From Pontiella sp. (lineage in GTDB: Bacteria; Verrucomicrobiota; Kiritimatiellia; Kiritimatiellales; Pontiellaceae), in the NCBI GenBank assembly GCA_050290185.1, contig JBNKHE010000005.1, positions 192,001 to 256,000 of the forward strand: DNA of 64,000 nt. Direction: 5' to 3'. Shown here piece by piece: positions 38,464 through 46,830 of this stretch; position 1 is the first letter of the stretch, and each line of letters starts with the position of its first letter. The position numbers were made by a program, and so were the translations under genes. Below the pieces are notes generated by a model. That model saw only the letters and a program-made list of their open reading frames with translations. It was not told the origin of the DNA and did not search any database.

Positions 38464-38599
38464 ATCCTGGCCTCCGTTCGTTTTCCTTGGGCACGTGCAG
38501 ACCGGCCGCACGGCGCAAAAACACTATTCGCCTGGCAGACTCTAAACCGCTATCGCGGAGGTATCGGTATTCGAGGCTTCTGAGTGTTCGGATGTCCAT
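38450..38599 (-). CDS. prophage small basic hypothetical protein (49 aa)
   Basis: GGAG RBS; MDIRTLRSLEYRYLRDSG... Confidence 0.4.
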   Translation of the reverse strand: MDIRTLRSLEYRYLRDSGLESARRIVFLRRAAGLHVPKENERRPGYAQA

Positions 38600-38721
38600 A
38601 GTCCCAGCTCCAGTTGATGTTTCTCTTTCCAAAATCCGCACCCCGGGACCGACATGCAGGCGCGGGCCGATGATTCAAGAACGCATGACCCTGATTTGTG
38701 GCAGTTATTGCACGAGTTCAC
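38542..38721 (-). CDS. prophage small Cys-rich protein (59 aa)
   Basis: GGAG RBS, GTGA coupling; MNSCNNCHKSGSC...AC...PGCGFW; not in the ORF track. Confidence 0.5.
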   Translation of the reverse strand: MNSCNNCHKSGSCVLESSARACMSVPGCGFWKEKHQLELGLWTSEHSEASNTDTSAIAV

Positions 38722-39185
38722 CGTAGCTCCGTTCGTTTGTTGTAAAGGTTGGTGGCCCAGGCCATGAGCACGAGAGCGGCAGGATCGCCCGCGACGTGGG
38801 CACAGAATTGGGCGTAGGATTGATCGATAACACGTTGCGGCAATGAACGCTTAAGCATGGCCGCCTCGAAATATTCGACATACTTTTCCATGCGGTTCTT
38901 GGCGTCCTGGAGCTGCATGAATTGCTCGGCTTCCCTATCGGACTCCAGGCGCAACGCTTCGCGGGCAATCTCCGCCTCGTAAATTTCATCGGTCTTGCTC
39001 GATCTCATTACGAGTGACACTGCGGCAATGCAGTTTTCTTTGATGTGGTGGCCGGTCATGGGCGGCAGCGTGGCTAATTCCTTGTTTAACAGATCCACCA
39101 AACCGAGATGTAAGGACCGGGGAAGCGCGGGAAGCCGCATTGATCCGGTCAGCCGTTCAATCTGTTTATCGGTGTTCGTGCTCAC
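38718..39185 (-). CDS. prophage hypothetical helical protein
   Basis: 155 aa, GTGA-coupled at both ends. Confidence 0.65.
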   Translation of the reverse strand: MSTNTDKQIERLTGSMRLPALPRSLHLGLVDLLNKELATLPPMTGHHIKENCIAAVSLVMRSSKTDEIYEAEIAREALRLESDREAEQFMQLQDAKNRMEKYVEYFEAAMLKRSLPQRVIDQSYAQFCAHVAGDPAALVLMAWATNLYNKRTELR

Positions 39186-39319
39186 AGCGTCACCCTCGCC
39201 GCTGCCTCGACCTGCTTTGTTTTTTCAACGGCACACCCTTTTATTGTTGCGCATCCGAATAGGATGAAAACAACCGCGACTACTGCGCTTAAAATATTCA
39301 CAAACCTCTGCTCCGTCAT
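39182..39319 (-). CDS. prophage small membrane protein (45 aa)
   Basis: MTEQRFVNILSAVVAVVFILFGCATIKGC...; TAATG/GTGA coupled. Confidence 0.55.
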   Translation of the reverse strand: MTEQRFVNILSAVVAVVFILFGCATIKGCAVEKTKQVEAAARVTL

Positions 39320-39393
39320 TAGATCGCCCCCAAATAAACAACCACGTTTAGAATTATTATTACGGCCAATGCGGTCATGAATGAGAGTTTCAC
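39319..39393 (-). CDS. prophage hydrophobic micropeptide (24 aa)
   Basis: MKLSFMTALAVIIILNVVVYLGAI; start overlaps the upstream stop and stop overlaps the downstream start. Confidence 0.45.
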   Translation of the reverse strand: MKLSFMTALAVIIILNVVVYLGAI

Positions 39394-39515
39394 AGCGTCA
39401 CCCCCGCGGCCTTGAGTTCTGATTTCATTTCGTCGATATGCTCTTGAGCCGAGCGAATGATTTCTTCCTCTTTGTCGATGCAGAATTTAATCTGGTCGAT
39501 TTCTTTCGCGCTCAT
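39390..39515 (-). CDS. prophage small coiled-coil-like protein (41 aa)
   Basis: MSAKEIDQIKFCIDKEEEIIRSAQEHIDEMKSELKAAGVTL; ATGA coupling. Confidence 0.55.
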   Translation of the reverse strand: MSAKEIDQIKFCIDKEEEIIRSAQEHIDEMKSELKAAGVTL

Positions 39516-39673
39516 TGCCAGCCCTCATCATTCATTCCCTGCTCGACCCGGCCGCGAACGTCCTCAAGTGCGATGATCTCTTCCGATTTCGTCGGATACT
39601 CACGGAAGAAAAGCAGTTGAAATAATGCAGATGCCTCTGTCTTGGATAACTCAATCGGAATTCTCGTTTCCAT
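39512..39673 (-). CDS. prophage small hypothetical protein (53 aa)
   Basis: AAGGAG RBS module; METRIPIELSKTEASALFQLLFFREYP... Confidence 0.6.
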   Translation of the reverse strand: METRIPIELSKTEASALFQLLFFREYPTKSEEIIALEDVRGRVEQGMNDEGWQ

Positions 39674-39685
39674 CGGTTCGGCTCC

Positions 39686-40126
39686 TTAATCCTGTGCGTA
39701 GTATTCGAGAAATACGGCGAGTTGCAGACAGAGTGCTGCGGTGTGCCGCGCTTGCTCCAGGAGTTGACCAGGCGTGTATTTTTCCGGCTCGAATTCGCTA
39801 TGAAGAAACGACTGCGACATCTTGCCGGTCTGCTCGTTGATGGCCAGGATCAGCGTTTCCGCGTTCTGCAATCCCCACTTGCACACGTTCTGGTGAGATT
39901 GGGCGCGGTGCTCCGCCTGTTCCCGATCGATAACGGCCTTTGTTTCGGCGGATAGTGCTATCAGTGCATTTGCGTCGCTCATCGGTTCGGCTCCTTTTGG
40001 TGTTGGCATTGTCGCGTCATCGAAATCATGCCCTTCGATCATTTCAATCATCATCGGGGCTACTTGCTGGAGGCACCCGTACATTTGTTTCAGCAGGTCT
40101 TGGATCGTCGGTGTATCGGTCTTCAT
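39686..40126 (-). CDS. prophage MazG-like (all-alpha NTP-PPase-like) paralogue 2, with internal start at 39982
   Basis: KWGLQ...INEQTGKMSQSFLHSEFEPEKY...QARHTAALC; internal RBS module directly before MSDANAL. Confidence 0.55.
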   Translation of the reverse strand: MKTDTPTIQDLLKQMYGCLQQVAPMMIEMIEGHDFDDATMPTPKGAEPMSDANALIALSAETKAVIDREQAEHRAQSHQNVCKWGLQNAETLILAINEQTGKMSQSFLHSEFEPEKYTPGQLLEQARHTAALCLQLAVFLEYYAQD

Positions 40127-40138
40127 CGGTTCGGCTCC

Positions 40139-40444
40139 TTACTTGTCCTGGTTCTCCAGGGCGATTGCTACCTGCATACAGAGTGCGGCCGTTTGTCTGG
40201 CTTGATGTAGGATTTGGCCCTTCTTGTATTTCTCCGGCTCAAATTCTGAATGTAAAAAGGCCTGTGAAATCTTTCCGGATTGCTCAGAGATACCGAGGCA
40301 AAGTGTTTCAACTTCCTGTTCTCCCCACCTGGCAAGATTTGAGGAAACCTGATTTCCGATACGGAACATTTCGGAATCAATAATTTCGATTGCCTTGCGG
40401 AATTTCGTTTCGTTAATCGGCATATCTGGCGGTGCTCCGGTCAT
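40139..40444 (-). CDS. prophage MazG-like (all-alpha NTP-PPase-like) paralogue 1
   Basis: RWGEQ...ISEQSGKISQAFLHSEFEPEKY...QARQTAALC; clearly paralogous to the adjacent gene. Confidence 0.55.
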   Translation of the reverse strand: MTGAPPDMPINETKFRKAIEIIDSEMFRIGNQVSSNLARWGEQEVETLCLGISEQSGKISQAFLHSEFEPEKYKKGQILHQARQTAALCMQVAIALENQDK

Positions 40445-40455
40445 TGGTTCGGCTC

Positions 40456-40584
40456 CTATTCTGATTCTTCTTCGTCTGCCCCGTAGGTGGGCGGAGTGGT
40501 TGCGGCTTCGATGGCTTGTTGTAGCTGCATGAAAAATTCGATCATGCTTTGGTTGTCGATTTCGTAGGTGACGGTAATTTTCAT
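40456..40584 (-). CDS. prophage small acidic protein (42 aa), first gene of the early operon
   Basis: GGAG RBS module; MKITVTYEIDNQSMIEFFMQLQQAIE... Confidence 0.55.
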   Translation of the reverse strand: MKITVTYEIDNQSMIEFFMQLQQAIEAATTPPTYGADEEESE

Positions 40585-40610
40585 CGGTCCGGCTCCATTT
40601 GGTTGCGTTA

Positions 40611-40644
40611 CGGTTACGTGACCAAGCAAAACAAAAAGCCGCAA
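40611..40644 (-). promoter_or_regulatory. putative early promoter with operator CGGTTACGTGAC
   Basis: Minus-strand TTGCGG (-35-like), 17 nt, then the palindrome over the -10 position. Confidence 0.5.
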
Positions 40645-40662
40645 TAGTATTTTTTACTACTA

Positions 40663-40869
40663 TTACGACTGAATGTGCTTAGGTTCTTTTTCTTCGCGAA
40701 TCAAAACGGCAGCCGCCCAGGATGAGAACGATGGGAAACCACATTGCTTTGCACGTGCTTCCAATTTCTCGTAATCACCCTTCGTGACCAGAACCTGAGC
40801 GTATTTCTTATCATCAGAAATGCTCATGCCCCGTTTTTTGACATTAGCGGTACGTTTTGTCGATCTCAT
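40663..40869 (-). CDS. prophage ribbon-helix-helix-type regulator (putative repressor)
   Basis: YAQVLVTKGDYEKLEARAKQCGFPSFSSWAAAVL fits an RHH pattern; GAGGT/AAGGA RBS; flanked by repeated palindromes. Confidence 0.6.
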   Translation of the reverse strand: MRSTKRTANVKKRGMSISDDKKYAQVLVTKGDYEKLEARAKQCGFPSFSSWAAAVLIREEKEPKHIQS

Positions 40870-40893
40870 AATCCTTACCTCTCGGTTAAGTGT

Positions 40894-40927
40894 CGGTTAC
40901 GTAACGCTAAAAACCTAAACACGTCAA
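40894..40927 (-). promoter_or_regulatory. putative regulator promoter with operator CGGTTACGTAAC
   Basis: Minus-strand TTGACG, 17 nt, then the palindrome over the -10 position; same geometry as at 40611-40644. Confidence 0.55.
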
Positions 40928-40947
40928 CACTTCGTTCTATGACGGTC

Positions 40948-40975
40948 ACGTGACTCTCGGTATATTATGCGACGT
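40948..40975 (-). other. attR: intact XerC-type arm with degenerate XerD-side arm
   Basis: Minus strand reads ACGTCGCATAA-TATACC-GAGAGTCACGT; the first arm is identical to that of the left site. Confidence 0.8.
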
Positions 40976-41378
40976 AATGGTTGTTGACGAAATTGTTAAT
41001 AAATGTGGATAACTCATTTTGAAATCACGCTCGAAACCACATGGATCGCGGATATGCCACCCCTGTTATGTCCGACAGAAAAAGTTAACTTAAACGACGT
41101 AAATGAGAGCTCTTGATCGCGCCCCGCACAAACTAGAGAGTCACGAAAAGAAAATCATTTATAGGACAAAATCAAATCCATTTAGCACCGCCGGATTTTT
41201 TCGACAAATCCGATTCGTATAAAAACAAGCCATACGTAATCGATCATCAGGACGCAAGGACTCGCCGGACAGATTCACCCATCTGGAGGGCTTTCCCTGA
41301 AGGCTTGCGTTTTTTTGATTCTCAGGGAGTTATTTTTACTCCCAAGAAAATCCTTAAGACAAAACGGTCACAAACCGA

Positions 41379-43106
41379 TCAGATTCGCTCTCTGGTCTCG
41401 ATACCCAGCAACGACAACCCTTGTTTAAGAATTTTAGCTGTGACCGAACAAAGGCGGATCCGACTTTCGCGAACTCCTTCCTCTGCCTTGAGAAATGGTA
41501 CGTTCTGATAGAAGCTACTGTAAAGCTGTGCCAGATCATAAAGATAGTCCGCTAGAATGTTGGGACGATAGTTTTCTGCAGCTCCATTAACCGCAGCAGA
41601 AAACCTGGACAGCTTAATTGCAAGCCTGCGCTCTATGTCGTGTTCAATATTGACTGAACATTCACCAAGATCGGTCCCCGGAAATTTTGCATGGTATTTG
41701 TCATACACCGAAGATATTCGAGCGTATGCATACTGTAGATACGGAGCGGAATTACCTTCCATATTCAGCGCTTTCTCCCAGGTAAATGTTACCAGGCTCT
41801 GCGGGTTCTGGCTGAGGTCTGTATATTTTATAGCGCCGATACCAATGGCCTTGGCAAGGTCCTTCTGCTGCTCTTCAGACATTTCCGGGCTGCTGGATTT
41901 TACCATTTCCAGAGCCCTGGCTTCGGCTTCATCAAGCAATGCAGCCAACTTGATTACATTCCCTTCGCGGGTGGAAAAGGTTGCTTCCGGTAAGCGCATC
42001 AACCCAAACCAGACATGCACCAGATTGGCATCCATCCCGAGCTTTTTTGAGATGGTGAAAAACTGTTTAAAGTGAAGCTGCTGGCGCTCATCGGTGACAT
42101 AGACGATACGTTCGGGACTAAATTCCTCGATACGCGACTCGACCGTTGCCAGATCGGTAGTGGCATAATTGTAGCCTCCATCGCTCTTTCGCACGATGCA
42201 GACGGGCATTCCATCCTCTTCGAGATCGACGATTAAAGCGCCCTCGCTTTCTTCAGCCAGCCCCCTCTCCTCAAGCGCCTCGATCATTTTCGGGAGACGA
42301 TCATTATAGAAGCTTTCGCCGCGATAGAGATCGAACTTAACGTCGAGCCGATCATAGATCGTATCAAACTCTTCTATGGAAAGCTGGATGAATTTTTCCC
42401 AGAGCGCCCGGTTTTCCGCATCGCCCTGCTGCAGTTTAACGAGCTCGGCCTTGGCCTTATCCCGCCATGAATCATCTTCCTTCGACTTGTTATAGCTCTG
42501 CACATAGATGCGTTCCAGCTCCTCAACCGGAGCGGCTTTCAAGGCATCCTCATCCACAAAACTACGGAAGCCGACCAGCATCAACCCAAACTGGGTACCC
42601 CAGTCACCGAGATGGTTGTCGGCAATCACATTGTATCCACGGAAACGGAAAAGCCGATCAATGGCATTCCCGATTACCGTCGAACGAATGTGTCCAATAT
42701 GCATCGGCTTGGCGACATTCGGGCTGGAATAGTCGACAATAACCGTCTTCCCCTCCCCGACCTGTTCCACGCCGAAGTGAGGATCGGATTCAAGGGACTG
42801 AATATATTCAGACAGGGCTGCATTACTGATGAAAAAATTGATAAAGCCCGGCCCGGCAATTTCGATCTTCTCGATAAAATCCGGCAACTCGGCTGCATCG
42901 ACGAATTCCTGCGCGATCTGCCGGGGGGCTTTCTTTAACGTGCGGGCCAGCTCCATGGCGGCATTGCACTGGTAGTCCCCAAACTTTTCGTTATTAGTTG
43001 GTGAAACGCCCAGATGGACCTCTGTATCCGTCAAATCGAAAACCGATACCATGGCACCGGTGGTCCAGGCTGAAAGACGTTCTTCAAATGTGGCAAACTC
43101 ACGCAT
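41379..43106 (-). CDS. argS: arginine--tRNA ligase
   Basis: FGDYQCN, AGPGFINF, SSPNVAKPMHIGH, HLGDWGTQFG, GNSAPYLQYAYARI. Confidence 0.97.
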   Translation of the reverse strand: MREFATFEERLSAWTTGAMVSVFDLTDTEVHLGVSPTNNEKFGDYQCNAAMELARTLKKAPRQIAQEFVDAAELPDFIEKIEIAGPGFINFFISNAALSEYIQSLESDPHFGVEQVGEGKTVIVDYSSPNVAKPMHIGHIRSTVIGNAIDRLFRFRGYNVIADNHLGDWGTQFGLMLVGFRSFVDEDALKAAPVEELERIYVQSYNKSKEDDSWRDKAKAELVKLQQGDAENRALWEKFIQLSIEEFDTIYDRLDVKFDLYRGESFYNDRLPKMIEALEERGLAEESEGALIVDLEEDGMPVCIVRKSDGGYNYATTDLATVESRIEEFSPERIVYVTDERQQLHFKQFFTISKKLGMDANLVHVWFGLMRLPEATFSTREGNVIKLAALLDEAEARALEMVKSSSPEMSEEQQKDLAKAIGIGAIKYTDLSQNPQSLVTFTWEKALNMEGNSAPYLQYAYARISSVYDKYHAKFPGTDLGECSVNIEHDIERRLAIKLSRFSAAVNGAAENYRPNILADYLYDLAQLYSSFYQNVPFLKAEEGVRESRIRLCSVTAKILKQGLSLLGIETRERI

Positions 43107-43242
43107 AGCTTATCTCTCCGTTCGGCATGCCCACGGCGGGCCGTAAAAAGGGCGAAGGTTATTTTCACCCCCTAAAAAAATCAACCCCCGAATTCCATGG
43201 CATGGAAACCGGGGGCGACTGACTGAAGGTGGTGATCAGGAA

Positions 43243-45753
43243 TCAATCGTCCGTTGCCTTTTCTTTAACGACCACGGGTACGCCTTTAAAGATCAGTCCA
43301 TCCTTTGCTTTATTGGTATCGACCTTCACCACCGAGTTATTGTGAATATTGCCGCGCAGGATATCCTCCGCCAGCGGATCTTCCAGGAAACGTTCCACGG
43401 TGCGTCGCAACTGACGAGCCCCATACGCCTTGTCGTATCCCTTTTCCAGCAACAGCTCGCGTGCGGACTTCAAAACCTTGAGTTCGATATTGCGCCCCAA
43501 TACACGGTTCTGGATGTTGGCGAGCTCGAGATCGATGATGGTTTCGAGATCCTTCCTAGAGAGCTCGCGGAACACAATCATGTCGTCCAGCCGGTTCAGC
43601 AGCTCAGGCTTAAAGGTTTTCTTCGCCGTCTGCATCATCATGTCTTTCAGCTTCTGGTAGTCGACCTCCTCGTTGGATGGGGAGAATCCGAGAGCACCGG
43701 CTTTCTTAACTTCCTGTGCGCCAAGGTTGGAAGTCATGATGACCACTGTGTTCCGGAAATCCACACTGCGACCAAGGCTATCGGTCAACCGTCCTTCTTC
43801 CATGATTTGCAACAACATGTGCATCACATCCGGATGGGCCTTTTCCACCTCGTCGAACAGAACCACTGAATAAGGGCGTCGTCGTACGCGTTCGGTCAAC
43901 TGCCCGCCTTCTTCATGGCCGACATATCCCGGAGGGGATCCGACCAGACGGGACGCATTAAACTTTTCCATGTATTCCGACATGTCGATCTGGATGAACG
44001 ACTCGGGATCGTCGAACATGAATTCGGCCAGCGTTTTTGCCAGCAGGGTTTTTCCAACGCCGGTAGGACCAAGAAAAATAAAGGAGCCAATGGGGCGTTT
44101 CGGATCCTTGAGATCGGCCCGTGAACGACGTAAAGCGCGTGCGATGGCAGCAACAGCCTCAGCTTGTCCGACCACCTGCTGACCAACCACTTCTTCGATC
44201 CTAAGGAGGCGCGCCATTTCCTTTTCGCCCATCTTCATAACCGGGATACCCGTCCACTTGGAAACCACGACCATGATGTCTTCATCCGTGACCACCGTGC
44301 GATTTTCATCCCGTTCCTTGCGCCATGCGTCCAGCAGGTTGTCCAGCTTTTCCTTGGCCTGACGCTCCTGATCGCGGAAGTTGGCCGCATCTTCAAACTT
44401 TTGCTGGTGAATCGCGTCGTTTTTCTTTTTTTCGAACTCGTGGATATCCTCTTCCAGCTTTTTGAGCTCAGGCGGCCGACTCATACTGCCGATACGAGCG
44501 CGGGCTCCGGCTTCGTCAATAAGGTCAATGGCCTTGTCGGGAAGAAAACGATCAGGCAGATAGCGCGCCGAGCACTCGACGGAAGCCTTCAGCGCTGCAT
44601 CGGTAAACTGTGCATGATGATGCTCCTCGTATTTCGCACGAAGGCCGCGCATGATTTCGACCGCATCCTCGACCGATGGCTCTTTCACGTTGACAGTCTG
44701 GAAGCGACGCTCCAGCGCAGCATCTTTCTCAATGTATTTTCGGTATTCCTTAAGGGTAGTTGCCCCGATACACTGCAACTCCCCGCGCGACAGCGCAGGT
44801 TTGATGATGTTGGCGGCATCCATGGTACCTTCGGCCGAGCCGGCGCCAACGATCGTGTGGAGCTCGTCCAGGAACAGAATGATGTTCTTTTCCTTCCGGA
44901 TTTCGTCCATGACCGCCTTAATGCGTTCCTCGAACTGACCGCGGTATTTCGTACCGGCTACCATCAATGCCAGGTCGAGCGTAATGACCTTTTTGTCGAT
45001 CAGCAGATCCGGCACGTTTCCTTCGACGACCGCTTGTGCGAGCCCCTCCACAATCGCGGTTTTTCCCACACCTGCCTCACCAAGCAGCACAGGATTGTTC
45101 TTGGTCCGGCGGCAGAGGATCTGAATCACGCGTTCGATCTCATCTTTTCGACCAATCACCGGATCCAGCACGCCATCTTTGGCCAGCTTATTCAGGTCGC
45201 GTCCAAACGTGTTGAGAGCCGGCGTTTTGGAGGTCCCTTTTCCGCGTTGCTGCGGCCCAAGCGAGGGCGCATCGCGATCATCCTCGCCGTCAAAGTCTCC
45301 TTCGGCGGAAGGATCATAATCCGGATCGAGCGTTTTCATGATCTCGTATCGGGTTTCGTCGAGATCGACCCCGAGGTTTTCCAGCACGCGGGCGGCGATC
45401 CCCTCCCCTTCCCTCAGCAAGCCAAGAAGAATATGTTCGGTGCCGACATAGCTGTGGCCAAGCCCCCGCGCCTCGCTGGCGGATAGTGCGAGCACCTTTT
45501 TGGCTCGCGGCGTGAAAGGAATGTTTCCAATGGTCTTGGTCTCAGGACCCGTGCCCACCGCCTTTTCCACCTCCAAACGAACGGTGGCGAGATCGATACC
45601 CAGGGCCTGGAGCGCATTGACCGCCACGCCATGCCCCAGCGCAATCAATCCCAGCAGGATATGCTCCGTACCAACATAGCCGTGATTGAACCGATCCGCT
45701 TCCTTTCGGGCCAGCTGAAGAACCTGCTGAGCTCTTGGTGTAAAATTATCCAT
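43243..45753 (-). CDS. clpC: ATP-dependent Clp protease ATP-binding subunit ClpC
   Basis: Clp-N repeats, two AAA+ modules ([16 protein letters not shown]), UVR coiled coil; downstream of mcsA-mcsB. Confidence 0.96.
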   Translation of the reverse strand: MDNFTPRAQQVLQLARKEADRFNHGYVGTEHILLGLIALGHGVAVNALQALGIDLATVRLEVEKAVGTGPETKTIGNIPFTPRAKKVLALSASEARGLGHSYVGTEHILLGLLREGEGIAARVLENLGVDLDETRYEIMKTLDPDYDPSAEGDFDGEDDRDAPSLGPQQRGKGTSKTPALNTFGRDLNKLAKDGVLDPVIGRKDEIERVIQILCRRTKNNPVLLGEAGVGKTAIVEGLAQAVVEGNVPDLLIDKKVITLDLALMVAGTKYRGQFEERIKAVMDEIRKEKNIILFLDELHTIVGAGSAEGTMDAANIIKPALSRGELQCIGATTLKEYRKYIEKDAALERRFQTVNVKEPSVEDAVEIMRGLRAKYEEHHHAQFTDAALKASVECSARYLPDRFLPDKAIDLIDEAGARARIGSMSRPPELKKLEEDIHEFEKKKNDAIHQQKFEDAANFRDQERQAKEKLDNLLDAWRKERDENRTVVTDEDIMVVVSKWTGIPVMKMGEKEMARLLRIEEVVGQQVVGQAEAVAAIARALRRSRADLKDPKRPIGSFIFLGPTGVGKTLLAKTLAEFMFDDPESFIQIDMSEYMEKFNASRLVGSPPGYVGHEEGGQLTERVRRRPYSVVLFDEVEKAHPDVMHMLLQIMEEGRLTDSLGRSVDFRNTVVIMTSNLGAQEVKKAGALGFSPSNEEVDYQKLKDMMMQTAKKTFKPELLNRLDDMIVFRELSRKDLETIIDLELANIQNRVLGRNIELKVLKSARELLLEKGYDKAYGARQLRRTVERFLEDPLAEDILRGNIHNNSVVKVDTNKAKDGLIFKGVPVVVKEKATDD

Positions 45754-45765
45754 AAAAAAATTCCC

Positions 45766-46830
45766 TTATTCATTACTGTCGTCATGGGTAGCATTTTCCA
45801 TGAACTCGCGCAACATTTCGGCGCGAACAACATCACGCGCGTCCGCATCCAGATCCTTGCTTTCCAATTTCTGAAGATGGGCCGGCTGGATTGAGATGAG
45901 CAGGGTGTCGAGCTGGCGCGGGGAAAATTGATCCAGGATGCCAAGATCAACCCCGAGGCGCAGGGTTGAGAGCAGGTTCAAGGCCTCCCCGCTGGTGATC
46001 AACCGGGCATTGGACAGGATTCCGAATGCGCGCGAAACATGGTCTTCAACCAGCAGTGACTTCTCACTCATCAGCCGTATACGGGCGTTGCTTTCGTGCT
46101 CAATGAGCTCCATCACGATTTGCTCGAGATGTGCGATGATTTCGGATTCCTTGCGGCCGAGGGTAAACTGGTTCGAGATCTGGAACATGTTTCCGGCGGC
46201 TTCGGTGCCTTCGCCCCACATGCCCCGAACCGCCAGACCGATTTTTGAAATCCCGTTGATGACCGGATCCATTTCGTCCATCAGTACCAGCCCCGGAAGA
46301 TGCAGCATGACAGACGCACGCAAGCCGGTTCCAACATTGGACGGGCAGGAGGTAAGATAGCCCAGTTTCGAAGAAAAGGCGTAAGACAGCTTGGCTTCCA
46401 GCATGTCATCAATTTCGTCGGCCATATGCCATGCCTGTTGCAGGTTAAGGCCTGACTGAAGCGACTGGATACGGATATGATCCTCTTCGTTCACCATGAC
46501 CGAAAGGCATTCATCCGGCGTCACGAAAACGCCGCAGCTGTCGTCCTGCCTAGCCAGTTCCTGACTGATGAGATGACGCTCAAACAGGATCTCCTTGTCC
46601 AGCATTGGAATATCGGACATCCCCCACGACATAAACGAAATATCCAGGGATTGAAAGATCGAGGAAATCTCTTTCCAGACCTCACGGTTCTCTTCCTCAC
46701 TCGCCCAGCCGGGGAAGCAATGATCCTCCAAATTACGGGCCAGCCGTATTCTGCTGCTAACCACCGGACCTTCGGAAACCCCGGCTTCCAGCCAGCTGCC
46801 GTGGCGTCTGACCATATCGTCAAGCGTCAT
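45766..46830 (-). CDS. mcsB: protein arginine kinase McsB
   Basis: SSRIRLARN, MVNEEDHIR, YLTSCPSNVGTGLRASVMLHLP, QISNQ. Confidence 0.95.
   Translation of the reverse strand: MTLDDMVRRHGSWLEAGVSEGPVVSSRIRLARNLEDHCFPGWASEEENREVWKEISSIFQSLDISFMSWGMSDIPMLDKEILFERHLISQELARQDDSCGVFVTPDECLSVMVNEEDHIRIQSLQSGLNLQQAWHMADEIDDMLEAKLSYAFSSKLGYLTSCPSNVGTGLRASVMLHLPGLVLMDEMDPVINGISKIGLAVRGMWGEGTEAAGNMFQISNQFTLGRKESEIIAHLEQIVMELIEHESNARIRLMSEKSLLVEDHVSRAFGILSNARLITSGEALNLLSTLRLGVDLGILDQFSPRQLDTLLISIQPAHLQKLESKDLDADARDVVRAEMLREFMENATHDDSNE

Larger units (their letters stand above)
39671..40596 (-). repeat. five dispersed copies of the RBS/start module GGAGCCGAACCGATG
   Basis: Plus-strand CATCGGTTCGGCTCC at 39671, 39980 and 40124 (identical) and at 40442 and 40582 (one mismatch each). 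Confidence 0.9.
25684..40975 (-). mobile_element. PM2/corticovirus-like double-jelly-roll prophage integrated at a dif-like site (unit length 15,279 bp)
   Basis: 13-bp direct repeat TATTATGCGACGT at 25684-25696 and 40963-40975; all ORFs co-oriented and tightly coupled; P2-like capsid protein, packaging ATPase, Rep, SSB, MTases, lysis-like genes; no integrase seen. Confidence 0.9.

Noticed and set aside
25684..40975. Interpretation as a filamentous (inovirus) prophage, suggested by dif integration, Rep_trans, SSB and a pVIII-like small protein
   Set aside because: The ATPase is short and lacks the TM segment of Zot/pI proteins. A P2-like 295-aa capsid protein, PM2-like gene order and spanin-like genes fit a DJR virus better.
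40949..41145. Inverted repeat CGTGACTCTC / GAGAGTCACG as a CTX-like folded attP
   Set aside because: The second copy lies outside the element, the same 10-mer occurs inside a CDS at 26180, and I found no inverted XerC arm inside the phage ends.
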